In this document: in pieces, positions 1 to 10,739 of the stretch
How the letters are laid out: every line of letters starts with the position of its first letter
Numbering within the stretch: the stretch's first letter is position 1
Source of the DNA: Eledone cirrhosa
Taxonomy: Eukaryota
Direction of reading: 5' to 3'
Assembly (NCBI GenBank): GCA_964016885.1
Contig: OZ024741.1
Coordinates: 347,882,001-347,946,000 of the forward strand
DNA length: 64,000 nucleotides
Made by a program: the position numbers and the translations under genes
The notes under the pieces: generated by a model
The model's input: only the letters and a program-made list of their open reading frames with translations
Databases searched by the model: none
Told to the model about the DNA's origin: nothing

Positions 1-249
1 GATCTGTTGAGGTTAAAATGGGGTAAAAGCTAGGTATCTATTGATTATTCAAAAGGATAAATCTAATTATATGTTTATATATAGTTAAATTATGCTTGAA
101 GCCATTGTATGCTAAACATGTGTATGTTTTCCAAACACATCCCACACTTCTTTGGCAGGGTGACGAAGTTTACTTACAAGCTTTTATGTTCTCAGTTTTA
201 TCCCGCCGATGTACCAGTAGCGCCCTGGTACCGATTTAATCGACCTCAC

Positions 250-520
250 CTTCTTCTTCTTCTTCTTCTTCTTCTTCTTCTTCTTCTTCTTCTTCTTCTT
301 CTTCTTCTTCTTCTTCTTCTTCTTCTTTTTCTTCTTCTTCTTCTTCTTCTTCCTGAGAAGACCATGGAGACAGAGTCTTCAAACACTCATTACAGCAGGA
401 CCTGTTAGAAGTAACCTTCTCCAACTGTTCCGGCCGGATCCCAAAGCAAGACCAACAACGCTAAGGATGTTATCCAACCATATTGACCCAGCACCTATAA
501 TTCTTGCACTTAATCCAGCC
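250..520 (-). mobile_element. RTE-clade LINE 3' end with (GAA)n tail
   Basis: Minus-strand translation WLDNIL...LEKVTSNRS resembles the RTE C-terminus at 63.9 kb (LDNIHGLVWSDLGIQPDLLEMVAS). It runs directly into (GAA)n, which is (CTT)n at 250-352 on the + strand, a typical RTE microsatellite tail. Confidence 0.6.
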
Positions 521-758
521 TGCTGCATTCCATCAATCGTGAGCACAGCACCGATATACATTATTTTTTCCATTTATTTCAGTGGAACTCCTTTGACATG
601 TGGAGGGCAATGCGTAGGATTCCTTGACAGACGGGCGACTTAGTTTGTGTAAGAATGAATTTCATTTCAGCTATACAGTACTAGGTACCAAACCTATTAA
701 ACACAAGTCGGAGATCACCGTCTTCAAATTGCAGCCGACTGATTTTATACATGCCAGT

Positions 759-1100
759 CTAGCCGCTTGTTCCAAATATGTCAGGTCACTCTTGAGTGCT
801 ACTTGTAGCATGTAACCCAGTACAACCTGTTACATGGTCGGGTCGCCGGCGACTAAATCGGCAACCCCACCAAGTTTACTTGGTGAAGAATATGATTTTG
901 GACATCCTGCAGGACAAAGAAAAACTGACAAAGAGCGGAAGAGCTCATAACAGAGAACGGCCTACTACAAAAAAAAAAAAAAGAAAAGATTCTGCCAAAT
1001 CAATGGGTGGCAGTAGTTCCAGCTGCACGCATATAAAGTCTGGTGTAGTGGTTCTGAGAACAATGCGGCTTTGCAGAAGATCAATGTAAATTGACAATGG
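759..1100. repeat. ~340-bp repeat, copy 1 (inverted relative to 2241-2581)
   Basis: TAGCCGCTTGTTCCAAATATGTCAGG...GTAAATTGACAATGG is the reverse complement of 2241-2581 with scattered substitutions. ORF-track peptides 945..1202(-) and 2223..2465(+) share LSIYIDLLQSRIVLRTTTPDF. Confidence 0.9.
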
Positions 1101-1625
1101 AGCCTGAATGCGCATGTCAATCCTGTTCATGAAAATGAGGAACAGGAGAGTTAAGAGAACGCATGTCTGACGGAATCCGTCTCCCAATTGAATGATTTTC
1201 ATTTATCACCATTTATCCAAACAAAAATACTCGGGCATTCGTCTAGAGACATCAGGGCAATAAGAAGCTGAACATCGTGTCCATAGCAGGTCCTGATAAA
1301 CGAGGTAATATGATTTTTCGACGTCTAGAGAACAAATAGATATCTCTTGCCAATACATCCAACATTTTTCGAAGACCTGCGGGAGTGTGAATATTTGATG
1401 GGCTGTGTTGCGTCTGGGGCGAAAATCAAACTGTTCATCACCTAGCTTAGACTCGACAATCTCTTTGTCAGACACTTAGCATAGACGTTACTGGAGAAGA
1501 TTAACAAGGAGATCCCTCTGTAATTATAATAATCTCTTTTGTCTCCTTTAATGAAAAGGTGGGATTATCACTTCCGATTGCCAATTCTTTGGTGCCTTTC
1601 CAGAGATCTAGGCCACCCGGCACAC
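1101..1625 (-). pseudogene. RTE-like LINE reverse transcriptase fragment
   Basis: ORF 1206..1475 contains LGDEQFDFRPRRNTAHQIFTL...LDVEKSY, a decayed QxGFRxxRST.DxIF...DxxKAYD RT motif. An NYRGISLL-like motif (aattacagagggatctccttg) lies upstream on the minus strand. Confidence 0.8.
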
Positions 1626-2240
1626 ATGAGTCAGCCAGAGAATACCTTCACTATGTAAAACTTTTAAAATATTTTCAACCGCAATCACCATCACAAGAAC
1701 TACAAAATAGAATGAGCCCAACAAAAATCAAACCCAACACAACCCTAAAATTATCACAACCACTGAAACCGCAAACATCATCACCACCATCATCATACTC
1801 ACTATAACAACACAAAATATAACAGAAACAACATATATATAACAATGACAACAGATGTATTAACAACAATATCAAAAATATGAACATCAACAAAAACATG
1901 AACAACAACAACAACAACATTAATAACAACAGTTATAGCAATGACTATAAGAAAAACATAAATTACAACAACAACAACAACAACAAAATACTTTTGCAGC
2001 TCCGGCTGACAAAGGAACGGATCATTTTAACGTGAATCTTTGAGAAAAAGACACATATTTGGAATCTAATCTAATCTAATCTGGCCGGGTATACACTCGC
2101 AAATAGGGAGAACCAGGGCCGAACCGAGGAGCATTGGATTTGGTGTACTTCATATTTGTTTCGGTTGCTGAACACAATCGGGGGTCACTTCTTCTCAAGA
2201 AGGACAATAGTTCTCCTTTAACTTGAGCGGGAGTGCCTTT

Positions 2241-2581
2241 CCATTGTCAATTTACATAGATCTTCTGCAAAGCCGCATTGTTCTCAGAACCACTACACCA
2301 GACTTTCTATGCGTGCAGCTGGAACTACTGCCACCAATTGATTTGGCAGAATTATTTTTCTTTTTTTTTTGTAGTAGGCCGTTCACTCTTATGAGTTCTT
2401 CCGCCCTTTGTCAGGTTTTTTTTTTGTCCTGCACGATGTCCAAAATCATATTCCTCATCAAGTAAACTTGGTGGGGTTGCCGGTTTAGTCGCCGGCGACC
2501 CGACCATGCGACAGGTTGTACTGGGTTACATGCTACAAGTGGCACTAAAGAGTGACCTGACATATTTGGAACAAGCGGCTA
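2241..2581. repeat. ~340-bp repeat, copy 2 (inverted)
   Basis: Reverse complement of 759-1100. Confidence 0.9.
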
Positions 2582-2956
2582 AATCGATCAAAGTCAGAGA
2601 AGCGTTGGAAGATACACAAATGTCCACAAATGTCCACAAATACAAAATAGTCACAGCTAACGAATCAGTCAGACGTAGGAAAATCACTCGAGTAAATGAT
2701 GCCCGACACATACAGCTCATCCCAAGGTCGAAGAGGGTGCACCTGTCTAGATTGTCCTCAACGATTAGGGTAGTTTCGGATATGTAAGTTGCATAAACTA
2801 CTCCTATTTGAGTATTATGTTATTTATTTCTTCTTAATTCTTACCTATTTTTATTACTTGGTATGTTTTATGTAAATCCCCACTTTCCATTGCCCTTTAT
2901 ATTTTGGCCGTAGTTGCCAATAAATACATAACTATTAGCAGTAGAAGCGCCAAACT

Positions 2957-3005
<49 letters not shown>

Positions 3006-3020
3006 TGTAGTAGTAGTAGT

Positions 3021-3058
<38 letters not shown>

Positions 3059-3160
3059 TTTTTTGTTGTTGCTGTAATTGTAGCAGCTGTTGGTGCTTTT
3101 GTTGTAGTAGCAACAAGAGAAGCAGACAAGAAAGAAGAAGAAGAAACAGAAGAAGATACA
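2957..3160. repeat. compound trinucleotide microsatellite (TAG)n-(CAG)n-(TTG)n-(GAA)n
   Basis: Directly visible in the sequence. Confidence 0.95.
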
Positions 3161-3515
3161 TTACATGTTCTAGTCTTATTGATATAGGTTAGATAATATA
3201 TATGGATATGTACATAAAATATACGTAAACATAGTTCGGTCATCTAGTGCAGTGCTTCAGCCATCTCCAAGTTATGATACAATATAAAGGTGTTCATTAA
3301 TAAAGTTCTTGTCGGCAACGTTAACTCACAAATACAGGCATCCATATATCATTTGTTGCATATATATAGACATAATTTCATATGTACGCACACCATAAAT
3401 ACATAGAAGCATACTTAAATTCAGTTAAATGCATTTACTGAAGTTTTACATTGGAGATAAATTGACATCACTCGAGATAGGTGCATAAGGCAAAACAAAG
3501 TTAACTTTACATATG

Positions 3516-3617
<102 letters not shown>

Positions 3618-4699
3618 TGTATGTGTGTGTGCGTGTGTTTCTGTGTGTCTGTGTGTGTGCGTGTGTTTCTGTGTGTCTGTGTGCGTCTCTCTCTATATAT
3701 ATATTCAAAACTTATTTGACAAAGAAAATTTAATAATATCGTCTCTTTGATCATTACGAATTCTTAATTCGCATCTCAGTGAAATAGACGCAAAGCACCT
3801 TTTCCCCCAAACAATATACACTTATGTTTATCACAATTCTTACTTATCCTATGCATAATGTTTGATGCTTTGACACATTATCCAGAAATGTATTTTTACT
3901 TCTTACGTGAGAAGTCAATAAACTTCTGTTATCTCTATACCATATGTATAATATATGTATAATTGATAAACACGAATTAACTGTTAATTGTTTACTATTT
4001 TTAAAATCATCCTATATTAGAATATTGCTGAGAGAAATAGAGTCGCACACTGTATACACACCGAAATGTATATAACATACACATTGGTTTATTACTGTAT
4101 CGATGTATTGGGTTCTCTCATACATATTTTCTCACCTCTAGTAAAACAAGGGACCTCGTATTTCACCCGCAAATTCCTTCCTGTATATTGTCATACAACA
4201 TACACTCAGGTCTGGCATTGCTTACACCTTTAACGTAAGCAGACCTTTCAACTCGCTCCATCTGACAGGGAGATCTCCAAATCATTCTCTTGTGAAAATG
4301 GGTATAGCTTTCATTATGTAAAATCTCCCCATTTTGCCACATTCGCTGAGATGAAATCTAGACAGGTTAACATTTAAACTGCATTAACTTCGTAAACAAC
4401 GATTTGAGAAAACAATATATAAGAAGGAGACTATATTTTATTCAACAAAACATTACTCATATGAAAGATCCAATTATCATCCTCATGCTATCGAGGCTTA
4501 GATAGCATTAGAATTAAAAGCAGACTTAGAACTTCAGTTGATTTCTCATTGTGGTCACATTTCCATAACATAGCAAACGCTTTAACGAATATTCACTTTA
4601 GTGCCATCAAGCAAATTATCTCTAAAGGATTGTCGAATGCGTAACATTCCCATGAGTGTATAAATGACCAAGGTAGACTTATCTGACCGTATGTATGGA

Positions 4700-6560
4700 G
4701 GTATATTATCTCTTTCTCTTAATTTCGAGTATAATTTTTTGACCGGTCACCTTCCTGGTGGCAAGGTTGTAAAAGAAAAGAAATTGTCATCCCTTGAATC
4801 GCAAGAATGTTTTGTAAATTTTGAAGGTGCCAGCTATCGCAGCCATTTTTAGACTATGAATTAGGGAGCTGCGTTCTTTGTTCGCAAATTCAAGTTCAGT
4901 CATACTTTGGTCCAAACGGGTTGGTATATAACCCGTTGCTCCAATAATGATGGGTATGAAGCTAAAGGTGTATCTTGGATACTGGATTTGTAAACTCCTC
5001 ATCAATGGTCCGTAGCTATTCTCCTTCTCCTGTATTTTTCTGACAACGTTTACATCAAGTGGGCAGCTGATCTCCACAACAGAACACGTTTTCAATGTGT
5101 GGTCCCAAACAACAATATCAGGCCGGTTGTGCTTTAATTTGGTGGCAGTGTTTATTTTCAGGTTCCACCAGTATTCCTTAGTGCCATCTGTCTCAATATA
5201 TTCTTCCTCGTTTGTTGATAATTTTGTTTTCCGAAGTGCGTTCCAGATGGTTCTAACTATCCCATCGTGTCTCATGAGGAGGTAGTAGCGAGATGACATT
5301 CTTTCGCAGCTGGCAACAATGTAGCTTACATCCTAGATCTTTGTTTTACATAGCCTACATTTATTGTCAGCTGCTGGCCCTCCCCTTTTGTGCAGCAGAT
5401 ATTTGGTAGGGAGTTCTTGTTCCTGTATTGCATAGAGATATCCCTCAAGGTGTGATGTCATAAACGTGTGGAACTCCATGCCAGGCTTTTTGAGTGGTTT
5501 ATCCTCTCTATGGTCTGTGTTTTACGTCTCAAGTATCCATGCACAACTTTTTCTGTAAATTGGTCAATTTTTTCATCATGTTTGAACATTGAATAGGATC
5601 TTCCGATTTCTCTGGGTGAGAGACTTATATCAGGCTTTATTCCATATCTCTCCTCCAGATCAGTCGCTATTCTAATGATTCTTTTTTTTCATGCTCATAA
5701 ACCTGAACAAGATGGTAGCCAACCTTTTTCCTCTGTTGAAGGTGTTGCTTTAGTGTTACTATCCGGGTCTCATATGATGTTAATATGGATTTTAGACTCC
5801 GGCCACCTTCCTTGCGTGAGAAGTATAGCCTATCCACATCACCATTGATGTTAAAGTTCCCTGTAACACTGAGAAGTTTGCGAGTTCTACCATCCATCTC
5901 ACTTAGTTCTTGCAATGACCAGTTCAGCAGGCCAAATGTTGGCTTTAGAATTGGCACAGCATAAGTATTGTGGGCAATGTATTTGTTGTATGCTAACAGT
6001 TCTGATGACCATATTTTCTTTACTCTTCTCAGGTATTCAGTTCTGGTTCTCTCCTTATTTAAGGGCCCATCATATCTGACATCCTAATCCTGTCTAAAAT
6101 ATCTGTAGTTGTCACCTGACTGTAGAGGTTGTATTATCAGGCCGTTCATCTCTAGATTTCTAGAGGAGGGCACAGCTATTCCACGTTTTACTGCCAAATA
6201 TGCACACATGGACTCACAACATTTCATGTTGATGTCTGTTGAAAATTGTGTAATGAGGTCCAATTGTTTGTTAATATCATAGATATTTGGTCCATTCAGC
6301 TTCAGGTCATCAACAAAGAAAAGATAGGAGATACTTCTGGACCCGCTTCTTTGTCCACCTTGTTTCCTGAGTAGGTAAGATAGTGGATTTAATGAGAGAA
6401 CGAAGATAGCACTGACAAGCTATCACCCTGAAAGATGCCCTTCTGGTAATGTGTCTTATCAGTCTTAACTTGCTCCTTCTCACCTCTAAGGATCAAATTG
6501 GTGTACCAGTTCTTGGTCAGACGTTCAACAGCAGCTACAGTGGTTGTGGAACTTTGGCTA
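4700..6560 (-). mobile_element. 5'-truncated R4/Dong-like (RLE-type) non-LTR retrotransposon, decayed
   Basis: Minus strand carries KGIFQGDSLS (~6415-6442), SISYLFFVDDLKL (~6300-6335), ILKPTFG...DVDRLYFSRKEGGRSL (ORF 5667..5957) and a CRLC zinc-knuckle remnant (~5310-5362). ORF 4787..5299 has RHD...RPDIVV...VVEISCP...KENSY, a restriction-like endonuclease. Stops and frameshifts are present. Confidence 0.9.
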
Positions 6561-6667
6561 ACTGTAAAGCCTTAACAATCCACCCATGAGGCACGTATGT
6601 ATGTATGCATGTATGTATGTATGTATGTATGTATGTATGTATGTATGTATGTATGTATGTAGGTAGG

Positions 6668-6763
<96 letters not shown>

Positions 6764-6861
6764 CGTGCTCAACATATACTCTAGCGGTTCGTTCCACTTA
6801 TATATTCGATTGACTAAATTCTGCCTTACATGTGGTTTCATGTATGCGATTACAATTATAG

Positions 6862-6912
6862 GGATTCATGATGATTTCTAAGGAATGAAACAGTTCTAGT
6901 CCTGTAGAATCT
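6862..6912 (+). ncRNA. degenerate type I hammerhead in a solo Penelope pLTR fragment (6850-6990)
   Basis: gattc-ATGATGA-tttctaaggaat-GAAA-cag..ctg-TA-gaatc. It is homologous to the pLTR of the PLE at 32.5-36.9 kb, with a stem I compensatory change (gattc/gaatc vs gcttc/gaagc). C3 is mutated to A. Confidence 0.7.
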
Positions 6913-7014
6913 CATCTATATTAAAAGTTTTATACTCTGCTATGTATTGAGTAACTTACTTACTGTGGTTACCTCCGATTCAACCCGGAATAACTTACCT
7001 ATATATATATATAA

Positions 7015-7370
7015 TATCAATTCAAAATATTAACAAAATAGATATTCTTCTGATCAATTATATTTTGTTTAAGATAGTAGATGGTTAAGATTCAGTCATG
7101 GTAGTGACTACCATGATTGAATCTTAACCATCTACTATGTCAGGGTATGTCATGTATCATTTTATTTTATCTGATGAGGACGTACTTTTAAACCTAACTC
7201 AGTACCTTTGAAATATGTATAATAAAATATAATTGATCACAAGAATATCTATTTTGTTAATATTTTGAATTAATATTAAAAACTCTGGAAAACCTCGCTG
7301 TTGAGTGCTTCCAATCTATTGTAAAACTTATTATTTGATGTATTCATTGAACCTTGTTTAACTTTTAAAT
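7015..7370 (+). mobile_element. TA-flanked fold-back mini-element (PLE pLTR-like)
   Basis: Outer arms at ~7018-7068 and 7224-7273, plus an inner near-perfect palindrome at ~7075-7138. A hammerhead lies on the right side and (TA)n flanks both ends. Confidence 0.8.
7163..7229 (+). ncRNA. minimal type I hammerhead ribozyme
   Basis: tattttat-CTGATGA-ggacgtac...gtaccttt-GAAA-tatgta-TA-ataaaata. Stem I is 8 bp and stem III is short and quasi-palindromic. Predicted cut after 7221. Confidence 0.75.
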
Positions 7371-7415
7371 ATATATATATATACATACATACATATATAT
7401 ATATACATATATATA

Positions 7416-7458
<43 letters not shown>

Positions 7459-7467
7459 AAGTGTGTC

Positions 7468-7538
7468 CTCATCAGTGGCCTTCCAACCGTCGTAGGCATT
7501 TCGTCGCATTAAAGGCCATATACCTCAGGTTGGTGCGA
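7468..7538 (-). ncRNA. non-circularly permuted hammerhead candidate, copy 1 (core intact)
   Basis: Minus strand reads tcgca-ccaacc-TGA-ggta-TA-tggcctt-taa-tgcga-c-GAAA-tgcc-TACGAC-ggttgg-aaggcca-CTGATGA-g. Confidence 0.75.
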
Positions 7539-8367
7539 GCAACGGCTAAAAAAAGTCGTTGGGACACGTAAATAAGGGGGACGCTAGGGTAAACAAACAA
7601 AATGGTTTAAGCAACAGAAAGTGATGAAGAAGAAACAAGTCACAGATTTCTATGAATATAAATTCGGTGGAATCGTGAACGAGAGAATAAAGACCATAAA
7701 ACCTGGTTGAAATGTGAGCAAGGAAGGAATTTCGCACAGGTCTAACGGGAGGAAGAAGGGGCCTGGTCTGCGAATTCGGTAAACATAAGTTCTGTGAAGT
7801 CGCAGACGAGAGAGAGAGTAACAAAATTCATACCGGCTTGGCCACGTGCCCGCGAGAAAAGGATTATCATATTTACACATATATTTTTTCCTCCGCTGCC
7901 ACCAGTCTGTTTCGTTCTTTGTGTGTTTACCCTTTCTAGCAGTCTCTCTCTCTCTCTGTTAGCCTCTTCCTCACCTTTCACTCACTCACTCTCTGTCACT
8001 ACCTCTCCTCCTCCCCTTTCTTCCCGTTTGACCTGTCCGTAATCCTTTTCTCGAGGGCACGTGGCCAAGCCGGTATGAATTTTTTTCCTCTCTCTCTCGT
8101 CTGCGACTTCACAGAACATATGTTTACCGAATTCGGAGACCAGACCCCTTCTTCCTCCCGTTAGACCTGTGCGAAATTCCTTCCTTTCTCACATTTCAAC
8201 CAGGTTTGATTGTCTTTATTCTCTCGTTCACGATTCCACCGAATTTATATTCATAGAAATCTGGGACTTGTTTCTTCTTCATCACTTTCAGTTGCTTACA
8301 CCATGTTGTTTGTTTACCGTAGCGTCCCCCTTATTTACGTGTCCCAACGACTTTTTTTAGCCGTTGC

Positions 8368-8438
8368 TCGCACCAACCTGAGGTATATGGCCTTTAATGC
8401 GACGCAATGCCTACGACGGTTGGAAGGCCACTGATGAG
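8368..8438 (+). ncRNA. non-circularly permuted hammerhead candidate, copy 2 (GAAA changed to GCAA)
   Basis: Same as copy 1 but with GCAA at 8404-8407, so probably impaired. Confidence 0.65.
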
Positions 8439-8447
8439 GACAAACTT

Positions 8448-8495
<48 letters not shown>

Positions 8496-8717
8496 CTCCC
8501 GTTTGGCTTGTGTGGGTCTCTTCTTGCTCACATCTCACACACATCAACACGGTCTGTACCTCTCTCGCACATGAAATCCACCCAGCTTATGCTGACCGGA
8601 CAATCATGTTGCTTGTTTATTTTCCTATCTTCGGTTTGCTTTTGTCCTTCTATGTTGTTTACTTGTCCCACTCGCCTTACGCGAATTCTGGTGCCAATAA
8701 CTTATTTTAGTTATTGC

Positions 8718-8788
8718 TCGCACCAACCTGAGGTATCTGATTTTTAATGCGATGAAATACCAATGATGGTTGGAAAATCACTGACGAA
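8718..8788 (+). ncRNA. non-circularly permuted hammerhead candidate, copy 3
   Basis: tcgca-ccaacc-TGA-ggta-TC-tgatttt-taa-tgcga-t-GAAA-tacc-AATGAT-ggttgg-aaaatca-CTGACGA-a. Predicted cut after C8737. Confidence 0.75.
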
Positions 8789-9243
8789 GGACTATTTTTA
8801 TCATATGTAACCCATGTGCAAACCACGCAGTATTCTTCTTTCTTCTCATGTGTTTTTATATATATTTACCTCGGCTGCGTTTGTCTGTTTCTCTCTTACT
8901 GCTTCGCCGCTCTCTCTGTTTCTCTCACCTTGTTTCGCCCTCTGTCAGTTACACTTTCTCTCGACTGACCTCTTCCTCACACTTCCAATCACTCACTATC
9001 TGTTTCTGCCCTTCTCCCTTCCTCCCGTTTGGCTTGTGTGGGTCTCTTCTTCCTCACCTCTCACACAACTCAACACGGTCTGTACCCCTCTCGCTCATGA
9101 AATCCATCCAGATTATGCTGACCGGACAATCATGTTGCTTGTTTATTTTCCTATCTTCGGTTTGCTTTTATCCTTCTATGTTGTTTACTTGTCCCCCTCG
9201 CCTTACGCGAATTCTAGTCCCAATAACTGTTTTTATTTATTGC

Positions 9244-9314
9244 TCGCACCAACCTGAGGTATCTGATTTTTAATGCGATGAAATACCAATGATGGTTGGA
9301 AAATCACTGACGAA
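9244..9314 (+). ncRNA. non-circularly permuted hammerhead candidate, copy 4
   Basis: Motif identical to copy 3. Predicted cut after C9263. Confidence 0.75.
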
Positions 9315-9373
9315 AGACTATTTTTATCATATGTAACCCATGTGCAAACCACGCAGTATTCTTCTTTCTTCTC

Positions 9374-9441
<68 letters not shown>

Positions 9442-9627
9442 GGAGGGAAGAGAGCGAGAGAGAGGGAGTGAGAGAGAGAAATAGGGAGAGAGAGTTACAC
9501 TAACTACAAGTGCATACATCAAACCACATGTAAGGCAGAAACTAGTCAAACGTATAATATATATGGAACGAACCGCTAGAGCATGTGTGTTGACCACGCA
9601 TACATATATACATATATACACAGATAT

Positions 9628-9734
<107 letters not shown>

Positions 9735-10635
9735 TACATATGAATTCTATTGATCTGTTCCAGAATCAGGAAATATATCTCAATTTGCCCCTGCACAATT
9801 TGCTATTAAGAACAGTCATTTAGCATCCTCTATATCTGCTTAAGACACAGGCGAGCTAGAACGTAAGTAATCTAAACAAACTTCTTCCTGTCAGGAGATG
9901 GAAATTCAATTGATGTTTCAAACTCTTGGAGTTGAATATTGCAATTGTCCAACCAGATGAATTACCTAGAATTTGCCTTATAACTTAAGATTGAGCCTAA
10001 ACCACAGACACTTACAAACTGAATGTAAATGTTGATTCTCCGCAGTTCTCACCACTCAGTTTCTTCGTAGATTTATTTCTCTCAAAATATGTGGATAGAT
10101 TCAATATTATGGACAAACAAATGTCCAATATGATTCATAGTCAGATCTATAACACCGTCATTTAGATAGGAACTGAATATCTTCAAATCTCGGGGTAGCA
10201 TGCATACAATGATTAGACACATATTTCAAACCTACGCACACACGCGTGACCTCCCGCGCAGAATTAGTCACACGCACACATACGTGCATGAAAGAGGAAG
10301 ATTAATACCCTTCAATAACATATGTTTACGTAGGTAATTACAAATTTATCATTTGCCGACGGAACCCATTTTATTTCCTGTGGTATAAACAAAGTTCCAA
10401 AGAAGGAATATATTTTTACCATTAAATAGGTAAAATTATTTATTCTTTCCCATTAGCATTTCAGAACCACATAAAATGTATATAGCTGCCATTTAGGCAT
10501 TTTATAAAGGTGATAAGTATAAACGAAATGCAGCAATATACTGTATATACACTCGCAAGAACAACTACTTGGTACACCTGTTTTAACCTATCTATTCAAA
10601 TATTTAAATAGAAGTAAATATTTAAATAGAAGTAT

Positions 10636-10739
<104 letters not shown>

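Larger units (their letters stand above)
7454..8452. mobile_element. ~1-kb fold-back non-autonomous element with ~410-bp inverted arms, inserted in (TA)n
   Basis: 7454-7866 is the reverse complement of 8040-8452 with few differences, around a ~170-bp pyrimidine-rich spacer. Each arm ends in a permuted hammerhead reading outward. Confidence 0.9.
8492..9378 (+). mobile_element. retrozyme-like partial tandem repeat (~1.7 units of ~526 bp) in (TA)n
   Basis: 8492-8850 is directly repeated at ~9019-9378. There is no credible ORF and each repeat carries a permuted hammerhead. It shares motifs (ttcctcccgtt, ttgctcgcaccaacctgaggtat) with the 7454-8452 element. Confidence 0.85.
6762..9601. mobile_element. 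outer ~90-bp inverted repeat (6762-6848 / 9511-9601) bracketing a nested stack of insertions
   Basis: CTCTAGCGGTTCGTTCCA...TTCTGCCTTACATGTGGTTT on the left is the reverse complement of AAACCACATGTAAGGCAGAA...TGGAACGAACCGCTAGAG on the right. Confidence 0.75.

Noticed and set aside
8723-8773. UGA/GA internal loop interpreted as a SECIS element or a box C/D snoRNA
   Set aside because: The non-canonical helix points away from the enclosed loop, opposite to SECIS, and the inner helix is only ~5 bp. The CUGA precedes the AUGAU, opposite to snoRNA terminal box order. A ribozyme-embedded k-turn fits better.
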